Positions 8,652 through 16,905 of a stretch of DNA of 36,883 nt are shown here, piece by piece. Source of the DNA: Abditibacteriaceae bacterium (lineage in GTDB: Bacteria > Armatimonadota > Abditibacteriia > Abditibacteriales > Abditibacteriaceae); assembly GCA_031425655.1 (NCBI GenBank), contig JANPJS010000196.1, positions 1 to 36,883 on the forward strand. The letters are read 5' to 3'. The stretch's first letter is position 1, and each line of letters begins with the position of its first letter. The notes beneath the pieces were generated by a model that saw nothing but the letters and a program-made list of their open reading frames with translations, had not been told where the DNA came from and made no database searches. The position numbers were made by a program, and so were the translations under genes.

Positions 8652-10234
8652 GAGCGGGCCTTTGGTTTGGCGTCTTTGCGCCAGATGCTGACCGGAGTTG
8701 TATTGGGTTGCGGCGCGCCGGGAGTCGAGCGGCCATCGGCGACGTATTTTTCCAGCAGCCTGGTTAATCGCCCCACAATTTCGGGATGCTCGGCCTGCAC
8801 GTTTCGCGTTTCGCCAATATCTTTCGATAGATCATAAAGCTGAATCGGCGGCAGGTCGCGTGCGGACTCCGTGTTGGGTTTGGGCGCGCTCCAACCGCCT
8901 GAATCGGGGCAAAGCTCCAGTTTCCACTGGTGCTGTCGAATCGCAAACGAGCCGTTAATCGAATGATGCACGATGGCTTCACGCACCGGCTTATCGGCGC
9001 GGCCTTCGAGAATCGGTAGAATGCTTACGCTGTCTTCGGCTGCATCATCGGGAAGCTTCTCCCCAAGAATGTCGGCGGTCGTGGCGAACAAATCGTTGAG
9101 GCAAATCAACTGGTCGCTTTGTGTGCCCGGCTTGACACGGCCCGGCCAACTGGCGATGAAAGGAACGTGATGCCCGCCGTCAAAAATATCGGCTTTAGTG
9201 CCGCGAAACAGGTAACTGGGATTGTGTCCCTTGTCCAGCAATTCCGGGAATTTCGCTTCCGGCGAGCAGCCGTTGTCGCTGGTAAAGATAACCAGCGTGT
9301 TTTGTGCAATGCCATTCTTTTCCAGTGCGTCCAGAACCGCACCCACCGTCGCATCGGTCTGCATCACAAAATCAGCATACGGGTTGAGGCCGCTTTTACC
9401 CTGCCATTCGGGAGAAGGAACAATCGGCGTGTGCGGCGCGTTGAGCGGCAAATAAAGGAAGAAGGGCGTGCCTTTTTTGGCATCCGGGGCGCGCTGTTCA
9501 ATATATTCGGTGGCTTTGCGCGTTAAGATGGGCAGCACGTTCATCGCTTCAAAGTCGGGTGCGCTCGGCCCTTTGCGTGTTGCTCCACCGGGCCGCCCCA
9601 GCATCATCGGAAAAGATTTGTCTTCGGTGGGCTGAGCCGTGACGCGATCATTTTCGATGAAGGTGTAAGGAACCATGTCCAACGATGCTGCGATACCAAA
9701 ATAGTAGTCAAAGCCGAGGTTATTTGGGCCACCCGCAATGGGCTGAGTAAAATCCACGCGCCAGCCGGCAGGCCCCGCTTCAATGCCGTCCGTAAATGGC
9801 TGTGTGTTCTCTTTGCGCGCCCACCCGAAACCCAGGTGCCATTTGCCGATGCCCGCCGTGTGATAACCGCGCGTTTTCAAAAACGACGGCACGGTTAGCC
9901 GCCCTTTTTCAATCAGCGGCGGACTCATGCCGCCTATCACGCCATTTTTAAGGCGCGAACGCCAGTTATATCGCCCGGTGAGAAGGCCGTAGCGAGTCGG
10001 GGTGCAAACCGCTGAGCTGGAATGCGCCCCGGTGAACATCATGCCCTGCGCTGCCAAACGATCACAGTTGGGCGTGGCGATTTTACCGTTGGGATTAAGA
10101 CATTTCACATCGCCGTAGCCCAAATCGTCACAGAGAATATAAACGATGTTCGGCTTGGCGGGTGCGGCCTGTCCCAGCGCGGCATGAGCCGAAACAGCGC
10201 CCAGCATGAGTAGCGGCAGTTGACGTTTTTGCAT
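8648..10234 (-). CDS. Arylsulfatase A-like sulfatase (Cys-type)
   Basis: PNIVYILCDDLGYGD, CTPTRY, GKWHLG, TSDNG. Start placed at ATG 10234 after GGAG. Confidence 0.93.
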   Translation of the reverse strand: MQKRQLPLLMLGAVSAHAALGQAAPAKPNIVYILCDDLGYGDVKCLNPNGKIATPNCDRLAAQGMMFTGAHSSSAVCTPTRYGLLTGRYNWRSRLKNGVIGGMSPPLIEKGRLTVPSFLKTRGYHTAGIGKWHLGFGWARKENTQPFTDGIEAGPAGWRVDFTQPIAGGPNNLGFDYYFGIAASLDMVPYTFIENDRVTAQPTEDKSFPMMLGRPGGATRKGPSAPDFEAMNVLPILTRKATEYIEQRAPDAKKGTPFFLYLPLNAPHTPIVPSPEWQGKSGLNPYADFVMQTDATVGAVLDALEKNGIAQNTLVIFTSDNGCSPEAKFPELLDKGHNPSYLFRGTKADIFDGGHHVPFIASWPGRVKPGTQSDQLICLNDLFATTADILGEKLPDDAAEDSVSILPILEGRADKPVREAIVHHSINGSFAIRQHQWKLELCPDSGGWSAPKPNTESARDLPPIQLYDLSKDIGETRNVQAEHPEIVGRLTRLLEKYVADGRSTPGAPQPNTTPVSIWRKDAKPKARS

Positions 10235-10383
10235 ATCTTTCTCCATGCCTTTGTGCCTTGATTTTACTCGGTGCCGGCGCTGCCCGGCCACTCATCGAAA
10301 ACGCGCTATCGCGCTCAGAAGGGCAGAGAAAAGTAAGCCCAAAAGAAGTGGCTGCTTAGCCAATTTCGGCTTTGGTTCAATAG

Positions 10384-13300
10384 TCACCCGGTATTCCAGA
10401 GCCGCTCTAACAAGACGCCCATTTCCAAATCCATGCGTTGCAACTCTTCACGATCAAACGGCTGAAAGTCATTCTTTCCGAAAAAGGCTTCACTGGTTTC
10501 CGCAAAGTATTCTTTGGCATCGCTCATAGCGTAAGCGCGGCCTCGAACCTTGTTTTCACCAGTCCATCGTTCGACATCGTTGTAACTGCCGCTTTTTTTC
10601 GCTCGCTCATAAGCCGCTGTAATTTCAGGATGGTCGAAGCCTAATGTCTGGTCATGAAAAGCGTGGGCGAGTTCGTGGAGCGCGAGCATTGGCATGCGCC
10701 GGCATTCACGCTCGAAGATTGCGATATTGGTGAATTCGATAGCCTTTGCCATCACCGGATTACGGTTGTGTTCGCGCAGCCAATCAGCACTCGGATGATA
10801 CTCGGCTTTAGGCGCGCCGTAGTCGGCGTGATGAGGATTGAACCAGAGCGCAACGCGATGCAATCGGGTGAGTGCCGAGCGCGGCACAACTTTATTAATT
10901 TGCGCCAGTTGACCGCGCAAAAGTTCTATGGCTTTGCCTGTTTCAGCAGGGCTATCTCTGAGCAAATCCTGGTGGATATGGAGCGTCCACCCTTCGATTT
11001 CTTGATCCGTATGAGTGGCTTGTTTTACAGCCGCGTTGGAAGGCGCTATCGCTGTCGGGTTACCCCTGACAATTGGTGCCGCCCCAAGATCAACCCAGGT
11101 CGTTTTATTGTGCAGCGGGATTGTATAAGCCTCACGCTCAAAGACCAGTTTCGTTGTCGGGCGATAGGTGCCGATGCCCGGCAGCTTCGCCGGTTGCTCA
11201 ATGCGTAGCCGCGCTTGTTTTGTGTTCGGCGTTGCAGCAGAGAGGCCGACGCGCACCACGCCGGTTTTGGCGTTGATTTCCACTGTCTGAAAAGTGCCGC
11301 CATCAAGCGTTAGCCACAGGCCGCGCGGCGCGATGTAAACACGTTTGCGGAACGAATCGAGGATTTGCACCTGCACACGATTACCACTGGTCTTTGCGTT
11401 GCCGCCAAACGCCTGCCAGCCAAAGTCAGGGTGGTTAATGATATAAGTCGCGGTATTATGCGCGTGGCCAAAGAAGTTCTGCGCATAGTCGCCCGAATAC
11501 GGATCCCACTTCAGGCTGCCGGGGAAAGAGTGAAAAGCGGCGGACGCAAAGCCGTCCTGATCAATGTTGGTAAGAGCGCCCATGGTGCCGCCATAGCCGA
11601 CGAGCAGCAGATAAAAATCATCGGGATGCTCGCGGTATTCGGACAGAACAGGAATGGCATTCAGCCCTGAACCATAGTGATGAATCTGCCGCTCGATGCG
11701 GCTGATTTTGCCGCCGTAAAGAAAGTCCCAGTAGCGACGCGCGTTGCCGTTGTAGCCCCAGTGCGGGAGGGTCGGCATATAACCGAGAATTGAGTTGAGC
11801 GACACCTGCGCTTTTTCTTCAAAGCCGAAGTATTTGCACCAGGCATAAACCTCCTCCTGCCCGGTCGAATCCCACGCCATTTCGCTGCCGAATGGATACT
11901 CTTCACGGCGCCAACGGTCGGCGCGCTCTTTCATGCGCGCTTCGAGGGCAGTGGCTTTTTCGCTCCAGCCTTCGCGCTTCAAATCGCGCAGCACGTCCAG
12001 AAAAATATCGCCTTCCATCATGCCGAGTTCTATCCAGCCAACGCGGCGATTGCCATTCGCGTCGCGGCTGGTGGCGAACATGATCGTCTCATAGGCTTGA
12101 TTTAAATACCAGTCCCATGCGTGATTTTTAACGAGACCTTCGTGGTTGCGTGCGACTTGATAAAGCGCCCAATAGGCTGCGATGACGTGCGGGTAATTGT
12201 AGCCGCGTCCAATTTCTTCCGAGTGTTTTTTGTTCCAACTCGTCCACGATTTCCAGTTGAGTTTCGAGTCGTATTCAAAGCCCGGCACAAGCGCCGGTTC
12301 GTAAAACATCAGGCTCTTGCGCACACCATATTTGTTAGGGCCGTCGCTGAGATGCAGGCCACCCCACAACACGCCGTCCACGAATTTCTCATATTTCGCT
12401 ATCTGCTCCTTATCCGGTTGGCCGAACTGCTTCATGGCGGCGGTAAGCCACGACGAGCCGCCTTCATCGCCTAATCCGGAAATCCACACGCGGCTGTCCT
12501 GCTCCACAATTTTATTGGCCTCGCGGTCATAGCTCATTACCGATGGGCTGCGGCCAAACGGATCACCGGCTTTCTCAAACCACTGACGCGTCATCAGAAA
12601 ACGGCCCAGGTCGCTTACAGCCTGCGCCGCCGGTTTGGTGACGTAATAGTTGACCGATTGCTTAAGTCCATCCGCATAAGTGATGGTCAATCGCGCACGT
12701 CCCCACTTCGCGCCGCGCAGTGTGACGGCCTGCCAGCCTTTGCCGGCCTTGCTGATTTTGAAACTGAGTGCTCCCGCCGGCTCAACCGCCAGCGATTGTG
12801 CACGCGCGGCGTAGCGCAAAAACAGCTTGCCTTCGATATCCTGCGGCAAAACGTAGCCGGGAATGCCCACTGCGACGGGACGACGCGCCGCCGCGAGAGT
12901 GTTTTCAATTTCACGAATGCTCGGCGACAGCAAAAACTTCAAGCCATAAGTGCGGCTTTCGCCGGGCGCTAAAAGCGCGCGGCTTGGCGTGTTCCACGGC
13001 GTGGCGTCTTTCCATTCGTTTTCGGCATAGGCCGCACTGTGCGGCATCCACGCGAACATTCCTTCAAAGGTCTGGTTGGGCCGCATCGGTTCCGATAGCG
13101 GCAGGTAAGCCTCGAAAGGCGTGCCCCTTTCCGGCACAACAACCAGCGCCGGGCCTTTGCCCGAAAGTCGTGTCACCTGCAAATAACCGGCGTCCTGCCC
13201 GATGTAGGGATCAGAGAACGAACAGATCTCATGCGCCTGCTTAAGATTACGCCCGGTGATAATGTTGTTAAAAACAAGAGGAATGCCGAGTGCGCCGATT

Positions 13301-13812
13301 TGCAGCGGGCGGGCGCTTTTGTTTTTTAACGTAAAGCGCAGCGCTAAACTTCCGTTGTCCAGCACCCAGATTCGCGTAATCTGCAAAGGACAATCGGCAG
13401 GAAGAGTTGGCGCCAAGTCCGCAGCGGCCAGAGCGCCTGCCACCGGCAATGGAGTTATAGGTTTACGCACGGTGGCAGTCGAAAACTCGCGCCATGCGCC
13501 TGTTTCGCCTTCGCGCACCCGCAGAGTAATATCGCCCAGATGATGAAAACCATTGGCCGCACGCTCAGCCAATTTATCAGCGGGCGTAAAGTCAAAACCA
13601 CCGACGCCTTTAGGCTGCAATGCCGCGACAGTCTGCGATGCCGTTGATAATTTCAGGCTGAACTGCGGCGTGTCGTATTCAGAAACACCCTGCGCCAAGC
13701 CCAGATGATCGGGCGGAGTTGGGGCTGGGCTTTGGGCCGAAGTGGGGGCCATAAAAGTGATATTGAGAACCAAGGCACTGACTGCCGTTATTCTCCGGTA
13801 TATGTTGTTCAT
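10384..13812 (-). CDS. DUF5695-family putative glycoside hydrolase fused to a C-terminal HEXXH zinc metallopeptidase domain
   Basis: DUF5695-like motifs YPFGSEMAWDSTGQEE, HWGYNGNARRYWDF, ERQIHHYGSGLN. Linker, then HELAH (10663-10677) and EYFAE in the last ~210 aa. Confidence 0.8.
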   Translation of the reverse strand: MNNIYRRITAVSALVLNITFMAPTSAQSPAPTPPDHLGLAQGVSEYDTPQFSLKLSTASQTVAALQPKGVGGFDFTPADKLAERAANGFHHLGDITLRVREGETGAWREFSTATVRKPITPLPVAGALAAADLAPTLPADCPLQITRIWVLDNGSLALRFTLKNKSARPLQIGALGIPLVFNNIITGRNLKQAHEICSFSDPYIGQDAGYLQVTRLSGKGPALVVVPERGTPFEAYLPLSEPMRPNQTFEGMFAWMPHSAAYAENEWKDATPWNTPSRALLAPGESRTYGLKFLLSPSIREIENTLAAARRPVAVGIPGYVLPQDIEGKLFLRYAARAQSLAVEPAGALSFKISKAGKGWQAVTLRGAKWGRARLTITYADGLKQSVNYYVTKPAAQAVSDLGRFLMTRQWFEKAGDPFGRSPSVMSYDREANKIVEQDSRVWISGLGDEGGSSWLTAAMKQFGQPDKEQIAKYEKFVDGVLWGGLHLSDGPNKYGVRKSLMFYEPALVPGFEYDSKLNWKSWTSWNKKHSEEIGRGYNYPHVIAAYWALYQVARNHEGLVKNHAWDWYLNQAYETIMFATSRDANGNRRVGWIELGMMEGDIFLDVLRDLKREGWSEKATALEARMKERADRWRREEYPFGSEMAWDSTGQEEVYAWCKYFGFEEKAQVSLNSILGYMPTLPHWGYNGNARRYWDFLYGGKISRIERQIHHYGSGLNAIPVLSEYREHPDDFYLLLVGYGGTMGALTNIDQDGFASAAFHSFPGSLKWDPYSGDYAQNFFGHAHNTATYIINHPDFGWQAFGGNAKTSGNRVQVQILDSFRKRVYIAPRGLWLTLDGGTFQTVEINAKTGVVRVGLSAATPNTKQARLRIEQPAKLPGIGTYRPTTKLVFEREAYTIPLHNKTTWVDLGAAPIVRGNPTAIAPSNAAVKQATHTDQEIEGWTLHIHQDLLRDSPAETGKAIELLRGQLAQINKVVPRSALTRLHRVALWFNPHHADYGAPKAEYHPSADWLREHNRNPVMAKAIEFTNIAIFERECRRMPMLALHELAHAFHDQTLGFDHPEITAAYERAKKSGSYNDVERWTGENKVRGRAYAMSDAKEYFAETSEAFFGKNDFQPFDREELQRMDLEMGVLLERLWNTG

Positions 13813-13821
13813 TTAAGGTTC

Positions 13822-16800
13822 TTATCGATTGGAGATACGACCCGTATAAAAGTCATCCAGAAGTTGATAGGCTTCCGCATCATAGGCGCGCAATCCCTCC
13901 GGGCCGCTCTCTGGTTTGGGGCCAGTCATGTTTAAATCGCCGTGCGTGCCGAAATACCACATGGTCAGTTCGGCGAAAAACTCGCTTTCATTAGAAGCAG
14001 CGTAAGAGCCTTTCCACAAACCCTTCTCCAGCGAGCTGCGATACTGTTCGCGGATTTTTTGGCGCACCGCCCCGGACATGCCTTTGCCTTGAATGTTATG
14101 CGCAAATTCGTGAACGCAAATATCACGGCCTTTGTAGCGGTCTTCCGGCAGGCGCAGCAGATTTTCTTCACCGCATGAAGTCAGCAATCCGCCCAAGCCG
14201 CGCGTGCGCTCATCTACGGTGAGCTTGCCGTCATAGATTTTCTTGCCTTTGAGATGCTGATGTTCTGGCAAATCGGACGTGACTTGATTGCGCCCGATGA
14301 TGTGTAGTTCAGCGCCCGCCTGCTTCAAATTCGCGCGCACGTCCGGCAAATGGCGCAGCATCATATCCAGGCGATGGTGAGCCTCATAAAGCGCTTTATC
14401 ATCCACGTCTTTGTGCGCCTTAATGGCAATGCCTTCGTAGTCCAGTCTCTTGCTGAAGAACTCTTTTTCCGGCGGAACGATTTGCGTTATCGGTGTCAGT
14501 TGGGCGCGGATGATACGGATGCCAAAGATGGCCGCGATTTCGTTGCCGCCCGTTGCCTCAAAGCGCACCGTCACTTTTTTCTTGCCTTGCACGCGCTCGG
14601 CGGGAATGTCGTATTCCACGTCGTAAAAACGTGCCGGAAGCTGTCGCTCCACTTCTTGCGAGGCGAGGCGTTGACCGTCCAGCAGAATGTCAAAGGTGCG
14701 CGGGCGCCATTCATCGCTGTTGTAAGTCGCCACCAACTTCATTGCTTGCCCTGCCTCTACCGGCATATCGAAGGAGAACCATTTTTTACCGCGCCGTCCG
14801 GGCCGCCCGGCAACGCGCGCCGGTTCGGTTTCTTCGCCCTGCTGATGAAAATCGCGCTCCGGCTGCATTTCGCCCGGCTGCACAAAGCTAACCGTAGCCG
14901 CTTCGAGTTGGCGCTGGCGTTCGCGTGCGGCGGCGATTTTGGCAGCTTCAAGTTTCCAACTTTCGGGTGTAAACAAATCCCAGTAAACCGCATAGGTGCG
15001 ACCGTGCAGGCGATAAAACGGCACCAGTTCTACATCGCGTTCGCGTCCCACACCCACGCTGCGGAAAACTCCGCTTTTTCCGGGCACCGCTTGAAGCCAT
15101 TCTGCTGGAAGTTGGCCCGCTGCAACGAAGACCGGAATCTGCTTTTGAATTTCTAATTGCGCCTTATCATCACCCGCTCCAAGATCACCGGCCAAGACCA
15201 GGGGGCCCCACATAATAGCGGCAAGGTTTGGATTGTCCGGCACCGCCTCAAGATGCAGCGCTTTCGGCAGCGTGAGTGCGATGCTGTCACCACTTTTCCA
15301 GATGCGATTCAGTTCGATATAGGAGCCGGGAGCGGAAGAAACCTTCACGGCTTTGCCGTTCACTTTTAACGCAAAGCCGTTTCCCGCCCACGACGGGCGT
15401 CGCAGCGACAGAGTGAATTTCTTTGGCGCAGCTAATTGAATTTTCAATGTAGCGTTTTGACCTTCGGGAAAATCCGTTTCCATCGTCAGTTGCGCGCCCT
15501 GCGCTTGCCAGTTGACAGTTGATGGCGCATATAAATTCACCCACAAACGGCCCGGCACTTGGTAGTAAATGCCGTTGCCGTGCAGCGCATGACTTTCCAT
15601 GCCGGTGCCCACGCAGCAGGTGAAGTGATTCTTCATGTCCTGATATTCGTGGCGCACCCCGCGTCCGACCGGCACCATGTAACAACTGCGTCCGGTTTCG
15701 GGGTCGAGCGAAGCCAATACATGATTGAACAGCGCGCGCTCGTGAAATTCGGCGTAGCGAATATCGGGCTTCAATGCGAACAACTCACGCGTTAGCTTCA
15801 GCATGTTGTAAACATTGCAGGACTCCGCCGTGCGCCCATCCACGCGCTCGCCCAGTTTGTCGGGTGGGCCAAAATACTCGTCTTTGCCGTGCCCGCCGGT
15901 CGCGAAACTGTGATGATGAGCCACGCGCTCCCAGAAGAATTTCGCCGCCTCGCCATCGGCGGCCTCGCCCGCATAAACATAACGCGCCAGTGAACCAACC
16001 AGCTTTGGCACCTGCGTGTTGCCGTGCAAACCGGCGAGTTTATCTTCGCGCTTTTTGAGAGGATCAAGCACCGCGTGATGCTCGAAGCGGCGCGAAAGTT
16101 TTAACCAGCGTTCATCGCCCGTATCGGCGTAAAGGTCGGCCAGCACCTCGTTCATGCCGCCAAACTCGGTGTTGAGCATCTTCTGCGTTTGTGCCTCGTC
16201 GAGTCGTGACAAGATGCCTTCGGCCCACTGGGCAAACTTGATTTCTACCAACAGCGCATCGCGGTTTCCGGTGTAACGATGGGCATCACGCAGGCCGGCG
16301 TAGATTTTGTGCAGCACATACCAGGGCGCCCACAATCCGTTTAAATCGAAGCCGCCCGACTTTATTTCACCACGCGCCACCTCGTTGAACTTTTCGCGCC
16401 CTCCGGCCAGCGCGCCCAAATAGCCGGCGCCGTTTTTGTCCTGCACTTCGTGCATCTCGCGCACTAAGTAATCGGCGCGCTCTTTAAAACGCGTGTCACC
16501 TGTGGCGGCATACATCAGGCTGACCGCCGACAGGTAATGTCCGGCGATGTGCCCGGTTAAATTCTTGCCATCACCGTCCCAACCGCCGTAAGGTGCGGCT
16601 TTGGCTTGTAGTCCCGCGCGTTGGCGAAAATAGGCCATCATGCGGTCGGGTTCGAGTGAAAGTAGATAAGCGCCATCTACATCTTGCGCGCGTTTTAGCG
16701 GCCCACCTGTCAGGCGCACAGCAGATAGAGGCAAAGGTTTGGCGGCATACGGCACTGCGTTTACAACAGGCGCAGCAACGAGTGGACTGGACATGATAAG

Positions 16801-16905
16801 AGAGTAAATGAAAGATGCTGCCAGTGCGAAAAACTGATTAGCAAGCCTTCTCACCAGCGACATCTCCGATGAAGTCATGGTATTAGAATCTTGTAAAAGG
16901 CTCAC
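13822..16905 (-). CDS. GH127/GH146-type beta-L-arabinofuranosidase fused to a C-terminal HEXXH zinc metallopeptidase domain
   Basis: GHIAGHYLSA, EFGGMNE, HGNTQVPK, ESCNVYNMLKL, FTCCVGTGMESH. C-terminal RGLGG, EENLL, HEFAH (14098-14112), EFFAE. Exact start uncertain. Confidence 0.88.
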   Translation of the reverse strand: MSLLQDSNTMTSSEMSLVRRLANQFFALAASFIYSLIMSSPLVAAPVVNAVPYAAKPLPLSAVRLTGGPLKRAQDVDGAYLLSLEPDRMMAYFRQRAGLQAKAAPYGGWDGDGKNLTGHIAGHYLSAVSLMYAATGDTRFKERADYLVREMHEVQDKNGAGYLGALAGGREKFNEVARGEIKSGGFDLNGLWAPWYVLHKIYAGLRDAHRYTGNRDALLVEIKFAQWAEGILSRLDEAQTQKMLNTEFGGMNEVLADLYADTGDERWLKLSRRFEHHAVLDPLKKREDKLAGLHGNTQVPKLVGSLARYVYAGEAADGEAAKFFWERVAHHHSFATGGHGKDEYFGPPDKLGERVDGRTAESCNVYNMLKLTRELFALKPDIRYAEFHERALFNHVLASLDPETGRSCYMVPVGRGVRHEYQDMKNHFTCCVGTGMESHALHGNGIYYQVPGRLWVNLYAPSTVNWQAQGAQLTMETDFPEGQNATLKIQLAAPKKFTLSLRRPSWAGNGFALKVNGKAVKVSSAPGSYIELNRIWKSGDSIALTLPKALHLEAVPDNPNLAAIMWGPLVLAGDLGAGDDKAQLEIQKQIPVFVAAGQLPAEWLQAVPGKSGVFRSVGVGRERDVELVPFYRLHGRTYAVYWDLFTPESWKLEAAKIAAARERQRQLEAATVSFVQPGEMQPERDFHQQGEETEPARVAGRPGRRGKKWFSFDMPVEAGQAMKLVATYNSDEWRPRTFDILLDGQRLASQEVERQLPARFYDVEYDIPAERVQGKKKVTVRFEATGGNEIAAIFGIRIIRAQLTPITQIVPPEKEFFSKRLDYEGIAIKAHKDVDDKALYEAHHRLDMMLRHLPDVRANLKQAGAELHIIGRNQVTSDLPEHQHLKGKKIYDGKLTVDERTRGLGGLLTSCGEENLLRLPEDRYKGRDICVHEFAHNIQGKGMSGAVRQKIREQYRSSLEKGLWKGSYAASNESEFFAELTMWYFGTHGDLNMTGPKPESGPEGLRAYDAEAYQLLDDFYTGRISNR

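Noticed and set aside
10325..10375. Hairpin or riboswitch between the DUF5695 and sulfatase genes
   Set aside because: Only a weak imperfect stem, with no recognisable aptamer motif.
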